A DNA stretch of 64,000 nt from Coprothermobacterota bacterium (lineage in GTDB: Bacteria > Coprothermobacterota > Coprothermobacteria > Coprothermobacterales > Coprothermobacteraceae). The stretch's first letter is position 1, and each line of letters begins with the position of its first letter. A model generated the notes under the pieces. It saw nothing but the letters and a program-made list of their open reading frames with translations, did no database searches and was not told the DNA's origin. The position numbers and the translations under genes are program-made. This document shows, piece by piece, positions 41,975 to 50,981 of this stretch. The stretch spans positions 320,001 through 384,000 of the forward strand of contig JAZIGN010000003.1 of the NCBI GenBank assembly GCA_036679065.1. The letters are read 5' to 3'.

Positions 41975-43978
41975 GTGAGAGTTATTAGAGGTTTAGAGAT
42001 GTCGTTTTTTGTGTTCTTAGCTGCATTCGTCGTTTTCCTGCTGCCAGCAAGCAACATTTACGCGGATACAGCCCCTTTTTTCATAGGGGGCGTAAATATA
42101 AAACCGTACCAGGAAAGCAACATTGTACTTTCAAAAGAAAACCTAACCATTACGTTTAACAAAAGTGACGACCCGAGAAACAGTACTGCAAGCGTGAATG
42201 CTCAGTTTATCTTTGTGAATACGGGGGATAAAGTCTCGCTTAAGGTTGGTTTTCCTTTCAGTTTAGCCAGCAGACCTGGTTTTGACACAACGAGCACTTT
42301 GGAATCCCTTAAAGTGAAGGTGAAAGTGGATGGTAATCAAATTACACCCACGTTTGTTGCGCCAGGTGAACACGGAGAATATGCTCCGCTCATCTATTTT
42401 GACGTCACTTTCGATAAGAATGAAACGAAAGAAATTCAGGTTAGCTATGAGGGGAAGGCAGCTGGGGGATATTTCCTATATGTCTTGAATACAGGTTCTT
42501 ACTGGAAGGGCCCTATCGGAACGCTTGATATGACCTTCAAGTTCCCTTATAAAGCGGCCGCTCCCAACGTATTTAGTATTATGCCAGGCGGATATAAGAT
42601 TGATGGGAACGAAGTTGTCTATCACCTCGTAAACTATGAACCTGTGCAGAACATAGAAGTGGAGTTTCTTCCTTACTACATGTATGAAAAGGTAAACCCG
42701 CTTAGGCTAAAAGCAGAAGCAACCAACAACGCCAGCGATTGGTTCGACTACGCCATGGCTTTCTTCCCCGAGAATCCCATAGGTTCCATGGATGAGTTTG
42801 TGGGCTGGTATCGCACGCCTGGTTTCAGGGACTATGTGGAAAGTATACTTAAGAAAGCCGTTAGCCTGCAAGAGGAGGGTTCTCCGGAGCAGGTAGTTCT
42901 TCAAGAGGTTTATAGTGCTCACTATGAAGCCCCTGCAAGTTTTGCAGAAGGGTTAGACGCTGTTTTGAAGCTTGATGGTAATCATATAAGTTTGCCTTCC
43001 ACTTCTTTGGATATTTTGAGGGAAAACATTGGGTCCATAGAGAATGCCACTGAGGGCAAAATCCTCGGTTACGTCATGGAATATGCTGTGGCTGCAGATC
43101 TTAAACAGAACAGGCCCACTCAAGCACTTTCCGATTTTGATCAGCTTTTGGAGCTTGCTGACAAATATTTTGACAAAGATACCTATTACAGTGTTTCCCC
43201 AGTGCTCAGTATGGCTATGCAAAACAACATAGGAAAAGGCGTGACAAAATATGTCTCTCCTCCCTTTACGCAGTGCTTTATTCCTTCTGTCTCCTTGAAG
43301 AATCAAACGCTGACTGCGCATTACAATGTTCCTTACGACCTTGGTCTAGCTTTAGAAGATTTTGATACCAACAACGATCAAAATCCTCCTAAAGACTACC
43401 GCATCGTAGGCGCCTTGGAGAAAGCACCGCCGTACGGTTATGTAGTGACTGTGACGTTCCCTAAAGGCGTAACAGAATCGCAGTTTGCGAGCGTAAAGGA
43501 GACCTTAACACAGCTGGGCAACGATGCCTTTGATGTAGCTCCCGACTCCCAAACGGCGAAGCTACTTAGCAGCTATTTTGGAAAAATCCTTGACAATGTA
43601 ATGCTGGAAAATGGGAAGTTTGCAGTGATCAAATCTTCTGTAGCCAGCACGCCGGAACTGGAGATGGGTTTAGCTGACCTGAGCCTGGAGATAAGAAAGA
43701 TTACAAACGCGCAGCAGCAGTTCAAAGACACCACGTTTGATGAAGCATTTGCCCAGACGATGCTAAGTTACCTTTCTACAAATAAGGCGTATTTTGACAA
43801 TTTGCCCAGAAACTCTGCCATAACGTTTGGCGCCGTGGCACAAACAGGAGCGGGTGGACCAACAAGTCAGAGCCTCATAATTGCTATCATGGCAAGCCTT
43901 GTTGCGGTGCTCCTCATTGCCTTTGTTTTGGTGACGGAACGCAAAAGTAAAGTTGAGGACGCGAACGCAAAAGAATAG
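41975..43978 (+). CDS. Secreted, membrane-anchored protein (DUF4424-like N-terminal domain)
   Basis: Signal peptide, YVLNTGSYWKGPIG, C-terminal TM. Confidence 0.7.
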   Translation: MRVIRGLEMSFFVFLAAFVVFLLPASNIYADTAPFFIGGVNIKPYQESNIVLSKENLTITFNKSDDPRNSTASVNAQFIFVNTGDKVSLKVGFPFSLASRPGFDTTSTLESLKVKVKVDGNQITPTFVAPGEHGEYAPLIYFDVTFDKNETKEIQVSYEGKAAGGYFLYVLNTGSYWKGPIGTLDMTFKFPYKAAAPNVFSIMPGGYKIDGNEVVYHLVNYEPVQNIEVEFLPYYMYEKVNPLRLKAEATNNASDWFDYAMAFFPENPIGSMDEFVGWYRTPGFRDYVESILKKAVSLQEEGSPEQVVLQEVYSAHYEAPASFAEGLDAVLKLDGNHISLPSTSLDILRENIGSIENATEGKILGYVMEYAVAADLKQNRPTQALSDFDQLLELADKYFDKDTYYSVSPVLSMAMQNNIGKGVTKYVSPPFTQCFIPSVSLKNQTLTAHYNVPYDLGLALEDFDTNNDQNPPKDYRIVGALEKAPPYGYVVTVTFPKGVTESQFASVKETLTQLGNDAFDVAPDSQTAKLLSSYFGKILDNVMLENGKFAVIKSSVASTPELEMGLADLSLEIRKITNAQQQFKDTTFDEAFAQTMLSYLSTNKAYFDNLPRNSAITFGAVAQTGAGGPTSQSLIIAIMASLVAVLLIAFVLVTERKSKVEDANAKE

Positions 43979-44032
43979 AGGATTAACTAAAAAACAATGT
44001 CGCCTCACCACAGCCCCTTGGTGGGGCGCTTT

Positions 44033-45532
44033 TTATTTCCTGATTACTAGCAGTGCGTTGCTAAGATCTCTGCCAGGAGTTGTGAGCAGTTTCCCTTTGT
44101 AATACAAACCACTGGAAGCTCCACCGTCAATGTTCATGGCATTGTAAGCACCCAGTTTTTGCATAATTGTTGCTAAGTCCTCTATTTTCGCACTGTTTAC
44201 GGTCACCATGAGGAGCTTGTTATCTTTTGTCAGACCAAGCGCACTGCGAGCCATGGAATATTCTGTGATTTTGGGTATAGTATAGTTTTCTGCTTCCGGG
44301 TTCACCGTTATCTTACCGTTTGTAATCAGCCTGGGACCTGCACTCAAGGCGCCATCGATTACACCCTGCTGCCAGATATCCGGGTTCCCATTGTAGACGT
44401 AGTAATTGTCAATGTACCTTAACACAGTCCCTACATGGAATCTGTCCTCGTATTTTTTCTCACTGCCGTAGATGTTGATTACGTAACCATCTCTGGGTAT
44501 GCTCACATTGTCCCCGTGTATGACCTGCGTTACTGTATTGTTTCTTACTATGATGTTCGTGCCACCGTTGTACGCACGTGTCGTGGAGCCACGCTTGGGC
44601 GTATACAGGTTTATCGACCCTTTCGTACTCCAGTACTGGGGGGACCTGTTTATGGTTCCGACGTACCAACCCATGTCCATTATCCATGGTTCCATGTCAG
44701 GCGCGAGCTCGACGTACTGTCCTTCTATTTTCATGCCAATCAAACCTATGTCTGCCCTACCATCTTTTGTAAAGCCAAAAGTAGTGGCTGGTTTGTCACG
44801 GAAGCACAAATGTTCGATTCTACCATCTATGATCAGGTTCCCAGAGGGCTCCTTCGGGTTGGTGGTTTCATAAGCTCTGAAGAACGTTCCATTTATAGCA
44901 GCAATAGCATTGCTACGCTGTGCCATGCTTAAAAGTGATTCTGTTAGGCCTATCTGGTTCTGACCATAAGCAATCTTTAGACCCACATGAGGGTTGTTAA
45001 GAAAAACCTTCACAACCTTTACATTGAACGTTTTTCCGCCAAAAGACATTTGCATAGTGCTGGAAACGGCATCTGTATCTATGTACACAGCACGCTCTGT
45101 TTGATCCCAATCTACATACCTACCAAGGGCTTCGCCAATAAACCGCAGCGGTACGTAAGTTCGGGCCCCGTTTATAAAGGCGGGTACATCCAGAGAAACC
45201 TCTTTCCCATCAATTTGCGCTATGGCGTTACCAATTTGCAAAGAAATAGTCTTCGAACCTTGCTTTACCGTTACGGTCTTAGTTTGATCGTCCCATGTCA
45301 CCTGAGCGCCAAAATATTCAGAAATATAACGTATTGGCAGAAAGACACGCCCATCTTTTAAGATGGGCGGGCTATCAAAACTCTTCTTCTGCCCCTGTAT
45401 GTAAATAGGTATGGGAGAGTTGCTGGTTTGGGCTTGCACGTTTATAACCGGGGTAGGTGTTCCTAAAAGCGTGCAAAGAAGAAAGGCACATATTGCAACA
45501 ACCGTAATCTTTCTAAAATGTGAGTTCTGCAC
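44033..45532 (-). CDS. Copper amine oxidase N-like domain fused to phosphodiester glycosidase (NAGPA-like) domain
   Basis: RVFLPIRYISE, RTYVPLRFIGE; AINGTFF, AGPRL, ARSALG, AMNIDGGASS. Confidence 0.85.
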   Translation of the reverse strand: MQNSHFRKITVVAICAFLLCTLLGTPTPVINVQAQTSNSPIPIYIQGQKKSFDSPPILKDGRVFLPIRYISEYFGAQVTWDDQTKTVTVKQGSKTISLQIGNAIAQIDGKEVSLDVPAFINGARTYVPLRFIGEALGRYVDWDQTERAVYIDTDAVSSTMQMSFGGKTFNVKVVKVFLNNPHVGLKIAYGQNQIGLTESLLSMAQRSNAIAAINGTFFRAYETTNPKEPSGNLIIDGRIEHLCFRDKPATTFGFTKDGRADIGLIGMKIEGQYVELAPDMEPWIMDMGWYVGTINRSPQYWSTKGSINLYTPKRGSTTRAYNGGTNIIVRNNTVTQVIHGDNVSIPRDGYVINIYGSEKKYEDRFHVGTVLRYIDNYYVYNGNPDIWQQGVIDGALSAGPRLITNGKITVNPEAENYTIPKITEYSMARSALGLTKDNKLLMVTVNSAKIEDLATIMQKLGAYNAMNIDGGASSGLYYKGKLLTTPGRDLSNALLVIRK

Positions 45533-45677
45533 TTCATTCAGCCCCTTTATGCAAATGCTTGGGGTCCTTCAACTTGGGACCTCTTTTTTTGCCGCATATA
45601 TTTATCATAAGCTAATCTTACAATAACTTATTGCACATAAAACGTGCATGTAGCTCACGGTAGCAAATGTTTGTGCA

Positions 45678-45918
45678 GTCAACAAGCAAACAAAAGGTAT
45701 ACCCGACTTCGAAAAACGCTTGAATGGCATTTACCTAAACGAAAGCAGACCTAAAAAAGTTTGTTGAAGTGTTTGACGAAAAACTGCAGTCTACGTTGGA
45801 CTACAAGAAGATCAAGAGAAATGTATCCTACAAGACGTTGATAAGACTAGAACTTTATAAACTCGAGAAGCACTTCATGGGTGAAGATATTTACAGGCCT
45901 TTTGTGGCAGAGTGGTGA
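45678..45918 (+). pseudogene. cas1: cas1 (type I-B) 3' remnant, frameshifted
   Basis: Manual translation DFEKRLNGIYLNES / KKFVEVFDEKLQSTLDYKKIKRNVSYKTLIRLELYKLEKHFMGEDIYRPFVAEW*, directly before cas2. Confidence 0.8.
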
Positions 45919-45927
45919 CCAGTTGAT

Positions 45928-46191
45928 ATGTATGTGATAATGGTCTACGATGTTGGAGAAGAACGCGTTGCGAAGGTTCTAAAGACGGGGAGGAAGTATC
46001 TTACATGGATTCAGAATTCTGTTTTTGAGGGACAAATTACAGAATCGAAGTTGGAGAAACTCAAGACGGAACTTAAGAAAATAATAGAGCCAGAAAAGGA
46101 TAGTATCATATTCTTCAAACTTAGAGAAGCCTACTTGACGAAAAAAGAGATTATTGGTCGAGAAAAGCATGACACCTCTAACATCATATAA
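45928..46191 (+). CDS. cas2: CRISPR-associated endonuclease Cas2
   Basis: MYVIMVYDV, WIQNSVFEG, DSIIFF. Confidence 0.95.
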   Translation: MYVIMVYDVGEERVAKVLKTGRKYLTWIQNSVFEGQITESKLEKLKTELKKIIEPEKDSIIFFKLREAYLTKKEIIGREKHDTSNII

Positions 46192-46363
46192 AAATCTGTC
46201 GACCCCAGATAATGCAAAAAACCCGGGACTTTGACAGAATGCACTCATTGAGCAACGGCATCGAGGAATCCAATACTTCATGGTAAAATGTTTTAGAAAA
46301 GGCTTTCCGTCATCGCAGGCAAAGTTTTTGTGCAAGAGGCGTTTTACTGCAGGGACGGTGGGT
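46192..46363 (+). promoter_or_regulatory. CRISPR leader
   Basis: Between cas2 and first repeat; contains TCTGTCGACCCC...AAAAA...TTGACAGA inverted motif (46195-46238) resembling I-B leaders. Confidence 0.75.
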
Positions 46364-46525
46364 GTTTCTAGCTTACCTACGAGGGATTGAAACGATCCTT
46401 GAGCGACGAGGCTATGGACCCAGATCTTCGTTTCTAGCTTACCTGCAAGGGATTGAAACCAGCACAAAGGTAATTGAAGGAAAGCGACAAGTTTAGTTTC
46501 TAGCTTACCTACGAGGGATTGAAAC
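46364..46525 (+). CRISPR. CRISPR array, leader-proximal block (3 repeats, 2 spacers)
   Basis: 30-bp repeats GTTTCTAGCTTACCT(A/G)C(G/A)AGGGATTGAAAC at 46364, 46430, 46496; two 36-bp spacers. Confidence 0.95.
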
Positions 46526-46574
46526 TTTGGAAAGAAACGTGAGAAGAGCAATATTTAGAAGAATGGAGGAATGA

Positions 46575-47522
46575 ATGAGAAAAACTGCTTTCAACGATGT
46601 GTCGGTAACCCTGGCACGCCCGTTTGTTAAATGGGCTGGCGGTAAAGCTCAACTATTGGATACCTTTAGGGATTATTATCCCAGAGCACTTCAGACTGGC
46701 CGGGTTAAAAGATATATCGAACCCTTTGTTGGTGGAGGCGCTGTGCTGTTTGACATTCTGCAAAGCTATAATGTTAAGGAAGCCTTTGTTTTTGACATTA
46801 ACGAAGATTTGATAAATGCTTATAATGTTGTAAAATATTGCGTTAATGAGCTCATTGAGATACTTTCATTTTTGGAACGGGAATACTTGAGGGCGGATGA
46901 AGAAGAACGTAAGCATATGTATTATGATATTAGGAATTTATACAACAATGCCAATAAACAGCCGGGCTTGAATGTGGAAAGAGCCGCTCAATTCATATTT
47001 CTCAATCACACATGCTTTAATGGTTTGTATAGAGTAAATAAGGCGGGACTTTTCAATGTGCCGGCGGGGCGCTATAAAAATCCTAAAATCTACGACGAAG
47101 AAAACCTATATTCGGTTAGCAATGTGCTTAAAAAAGTTAGTATATTCGCTGCTGATTATAAGGCGAGCTTGAATTATGTAGATACGGATAGCTTTGTCTA
47201 CATTGATCCGCCATACAGGCCGCTTACTGCTACAGCCCGTTTTACATCATATAGCAGATATGACTTTACCGATGACGATCAAATCGAGTTAGCTCAAGTC
47301 TTTAGAGAGATGAATAAGATGGGTGCTTTGCTAATGCTCAGCAACTCTGATCCGAAAAACGTTGATTTAAATGATAGCTTTTTTGACGAATTATATAAGG
47401 ATTTTCATATTTATAGAGTTTACGCTAAGCGCAGCATCAATGCTAAGGCCGATGGAAGGGCGAGCATTAGTGAGCTGATTGTGACAAATTATAAAGTAAA
47501 AAGAGGAGTATATGAAATATAG
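46575..47522 (+). CDS. Dam/DpnM-type m6A methyltransferase (GATC)
   Basis: FVKWAGGK, EPFVGGGA, FNGLYRVN, DPPY. Confidence 0.92.
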   Translation: MRKTAFNDVSVTLARPFVKWAGGKAQLLDTFRDYYPRALQTGRVKRYIEPFVGGGAVLFDILQSYNVKEAFVFDINEDLINAYNVVKYCVNELIEILSFLEREYLRADEEERKHMYYDIRNLYNNANKQPGLNVERAAQFIFLNHTCFNGLYRVNKAGLFNVPAGRYKNPKIYDEENLYSVSNVLKKVSIFAADYKASLNYVDTDSFVYIDPPYRPLTATARFTSYSRYDFTDDDQIELAQVFREMNKMGALLMLSNSDPKNVDLNDSFFDELYKDFHIYRVYAKRSINAKADGRASISELIVTNYKVKRGVYEI

Positions 47523-48444
47523 CAACCTATTTTATAAACTTATAAGTTGCAAGGATGAGGATGATGTATTTGAATACCTTATAAGAAATTTGAAAGAAAC
47601 TATTATAAGCTGGGATTTTTTTGTAGCATGGGAAAAAGTGATTAACAAGGTGGAGGATATAGAAATCTCGCTTAACTTGCTTAACTATCTCGTTGGGAAA
47701 GAGAATATAACCGAAAAGTTTGCAGAGCTTGTCTCAAAGTATCCGGAGGTAATTGATGTTTTGCCAGTACTTGTTGCATGGCGAGCGAAAAACGTTAAAG
47801 TGCTCGACCCTCTTGATGATAATATCTTTAATTACAAAGAATACTCTTTTGAGAAAAAGTCTTCATACACAACTGAAGAAATAGCATCATTGACCGAATT
47901 TGCAGATAAGACAGGCCTGCTTGCTATGTTTAAAAATGAGAATATAAAAAGCGTCGTAGATTATGTTACTGGTGTCGAAGTTGGCCTTGATACGAATGCA
48001 AGGAAGAATAGAAGTGGTGCGGCTATGGAAATGATAACCGAGCTATTGATAAAAAGGATTTGCGCCAAGAATCGCTATAATTATATTTCACAAGCTACTG
48101 CTCATAAAATAAATGAATTGTTTGGTTATGAGGTAAAAGTTGATAAATCGGAGCGTTCATTCGATTTCGCCATAGACAATGGGGATAAGCTTTATCTTGT
48201 CGAGACGAACTACTACGGTGGAGGAGGCTCTAAGTTAAAAGCAGTGGCAGGAGAATTTGTGACTTTGTGTAGGTTTTTAAAAAGAGAAACGCCGCAGCAT
48301 ACCTTTATTTGGATAACAGACGGCTTGGGCTGGAAGACGGCAAAAAAACCATTGAGGGAAGCGTTTGATGAAGTCGATTATATATTAAACCTCTCCATGC
48401 TGGAAAACGGAGTGTTGGAGAACATTATATTGGAAGGACTATAA
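47512..48444 (+). CDS. DpnII/MboI-family type II restriction endonuclease
   Basis: DYVTGVEVGLDTNARKNRSG, FDFAI, ETNYYGGGGSKL, FIWITDGLGW. Confidence 0.92.
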   Translation: MKYSNLFYKLISCKDEDDVFEYLIRNLKETIISWDFFVAWEKVINKVEDIEISLNLLNYLVGKENITEKFAELVSKYPEVIDVLPVLVAWRAKNVKVLDPLDDNIFNYKEYSFEKKSSYTTEEIASLTEFADKTGLLAMFKNENIKSVVDYVTGVEVGLDTNARKNRSGAAMEMITELLIKRICAKNRYNYISQATAHKINELFGYEVKVDKSERSFDFAIDNGDKLYLVETNYYGGGGSKLKAVAGEFVTLCRFLKRETPQHTFIWITDGLGWKTAKKPLREAFDEVDYILNLSMLENGVLENIILEGL

Positions 48445-48448
48445 AGGT

Positions 48449-49432
48449 ATGTCGCTAAAAGTGAAGTGTCCTATATGTGGCTATAAATGCACCAAGACGG
48501 AGTATGCAAAACATCTTGAATCGTACCACGTTGAAGATTATCAGCGTATCGTAGACGAAATAAACAAAGATATAAAGAATGGCATGAGCATAAAAGATGT
48601 AGCGCAAAAGAATTCCTTGACTGAAAGGTTCGTAAAAGGTGTGCTTGGTTATAGGACATTAGTAAAAGAAGAAATGACAAATTATAATGTTAGCAAAGCA
48701 AAAACTGAAATATGGGAGCCTGAGGATTTTTCTTTGGAAACAACTACTGTATGGGGTTTTCCTGACAGAGGTGATTGGGCAACTCATTCTGGCAAATACC
48801 GGGGTAACTGGTCACCTTATATACCCAGAAATGTGATATTGAGATATTCAAATGAAAATGATGTTGTACTGGATCAGTTTGTAGGAAGTGGGACTACACT
48901 TGTGGAGGCAAAGTTATTGGGAAGAAGGGGGTTAGGCGTCGATATAAACCCCGATGCAGTAAAACTTGCGCTGTCAAATGTTAATTTTGAACATAAGTGC
49001 GGCTTGGCTGACGTACATATTGGAGATGCAAGAAACCTCGATTTCGTAAAAGATAGTAGCATTGATCTTATCTGCACTCATCCGCCATATAGCAATATTA
49101 TCAAATATAGCGATAATATAGAGGGAGATCTTTCACATTACGACATACCTGAATTTTTAAAAGAAATGTATAAAGTAGCGTCAGAATCATATAGGGTCCT
49201 AAAAAGAGGTAGATTCTGCGCTGTTCTTATGGGTGATACGCGCAGAAAGGGTAACATTATACCTCTTGGTTTTAGAGTTATGGAAGTATTTTGCAAAGCG
49301 GGGCTTACTCTAAAGGAGATCGTCATAAAGGAACAGCACAACTGTACTTCAACAGGCTACTGGAAAAAGCAGAGCATAAAATATAATTTTTTGCTAATAG
49401 CGCACGAATATCTATTTATATTTAAAAAATAG
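48449..49432 (+). CDS. Second amino-methyltransferase with N-terminal C2H2-like zinc finger and HTH
   Basis: CPIC-x11-H-x4-H; GMSIKDVAQKNSLTERFVK; DQFVGSGTT (motif I) before THPPY (motif IV). Confidence 0.85.
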   Translation: MSLKVKCPICGYKCTKTEYAKHLESYHVEDYQRIVDEINKDIKNGMSIKDVAQKNSLTERFVKGVLGYRTLVKEEMTNYNVSKAKTEIWEPEDFSLETTTVWGFPDRGDWATHSGKYRGNWSPYIPRNVILRYSNENDVVLDQFVGSGTTLVEAKLLGRRGLGVDINPDAVKLALSNVNFEHKCGLADVHIGDARNLDFVKDSSIDLICTHPPYSNIIKYSDNIEGDLSHYDIPEFLKEMYKVASESYRVLKRGRFCAVLMGDTRRKGNIIPLGFRVMEVFCKAGLTLKEIVIKEQHNCTSTGYWKKQSIKYNFLLIAHEYLFIFKK

Positions 49433-49624
49433 CTTTTGGGGCAGTTTGAGGAGGCCATGTCTGCTGGGAAGAAAATGGAGGGCGGCATGGACAAGCTTGA
49501 TACATGAAATGTTTGCGCTATTAGTGGTCAAACTCAAAGGTGGTATGCTTGAGGACCATATGGTCCGCTGCAAGCAAAAAAATGTTTATCAAAAGGAATA
49601 AAAAAGCGAGTATTACTCATTTCA

Positions 49625-49722
49625 GCTTTTAGCTTACCTACAAGGGATCGAAACTGATGTCGGCCTTGCCTGTGAGCTAGGCCTGTATGCAAGTTTCTAG
49701 CTTACCTACAAGGGATTGAAAC
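49625..49722 (+). CRISPR. CRISPR array, distal block (2 repeats, one 38-bp spacer)
   Basis: GCTTTTAGCTTACCTACAAGGGATCGAAAC 49625-49654 and GTTTCTAGCTTACCTACAAGGGATTGAAAC 49693-49722. Confidence 0.9.
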
Positions 49723-50446
49723 CCCCTTCTTTCACGGTTGAGCTGAACGGTGAAGTGCGAAATGACGTACAGGTAGAAGATTCTGGAGATCTGTGAAGGG
49801 CGTGAGTAGATAAGCGAAGAGCAGTTCATCGGAGATGCTAATTGTTACTTAAAAAAGGTGGGTGTAGAAAGGTAGTAGATCCTGAGATCGAAGCTAAAGC
49901 AGGTAAGGTGTTTATGAATCCTACAGAAGAATTCAGTAAACACGTTCCAGAAGATGAGTTCGAGTGGCACCATTTACCAAAGTTCGTTGCGATGAAGCTT
50001 AATGAAGCAGGCGTAATTGTATTTGGTAAGTGGGAGAGGGAAGAATGAATTACAGTAGGCAGGTCCCAGGTTGCGCGCCTATTGGAATGATATGCACAGT
50101 ATGGCAGATGTTTTTAGGGAGCAGTATTTCTGGTAAAACAACTCCCATTCTTGATAAATGCAATGGGCAAGCTCTTTTGTTGAGAATTACCAGTTGTTAT
50201 TCAAATTGGTTCGAACACTTTTCGCGGCATAACGGACATTCATTTTCAATAACAACTAGTTGCCATTTGTCATATGAATGCAGTCGATAGTAGTTGCATT
50301 TTTTCAGGCTAACATGGGACCTTATATGTAGTATGCATGTGGTGTTGTAATGTGTCGTACTTTGCTTGACCGAAAGTGTTGCAAAGTTGCCATTTCTGGT
50401 CTAAACTGGGCTTAGCGAACTTTATATCCGGAAAAGGAGTGAGAGT

Positions 50447-50869
50447 ATGACTATAAAGGAAAACAACGGGATAATTGCTGTGAGGCTCCATGATGGAGAC
50501 AAATTCATGGAAAGCCTAAAAGCAGTCGCCAAAGATTGTGGTGTCAATAGTGCAGTTTTGCATGGGATAGGGCTGTTTAAGAACGCTGAGCTGGGTTACT
50601 TTAACGGACACGAGTATGTGACCAAGAGTTTCTATCAGCAACTGATGGAAGTTATTTCCTTGGAAGGGAACATAAGCATGGCTGAAAATGGGGCTGAGGT
50701 TGTTATCCATGCTCACTGCGTCTTAGGGCTACCTGACTATTCTTTAATTGGCGGCCACTTAATGGACGGAACATTTTTCAACGGTGAGTTATTCATTCAA
50801 AAACTTGAAGGAGTAAAATTGGTTAGAAAAAGTGAACCGAGTGGGCTAAACGGTTTGTGGGTTGAGTAA
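50447..50869 (+). CDS. PPC/DUF296 domain protein
   Basis: GIG, EVISLEGNI, HAHCVLG, GGHL. Confidence 0.9.
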   Translation: MTIKENNGIIAVRLHDGDKFMESLKAVAKDCGVNSAVLHGIGLFKNAELGYFNGHEYVTKSFYQQLMEVISLEGNISMAENGAEVVIHAHCVLGLPDYSLIGGHLMDGTFFNGELFIQKLEGVKLVRKSEPSGLNGLWVE

Positions 50870-50981
50870 CTTGTGAGTAGTAAGCTATAAGTTAGCTAAA
50901 GTATGTGCCTGGTCATTGGAACATGCTTGAGGTATGTTTAGTCTTGTGTAATTAGACATTCTTGAAAGGAAAAAGGATAAG

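Noticed and set aside
45979..46551. 190-aa minus-strand ORF with repeated FQSLxGKLET
   Set aside because: Antisense translation of the CRISPR repeats, leader and cas2.
49723..50048. Possible further repeats or a gene after repeat 5
   Set aside because: No sixth repeat found; only stop-interrupted coding-like sequence with no assignable family.
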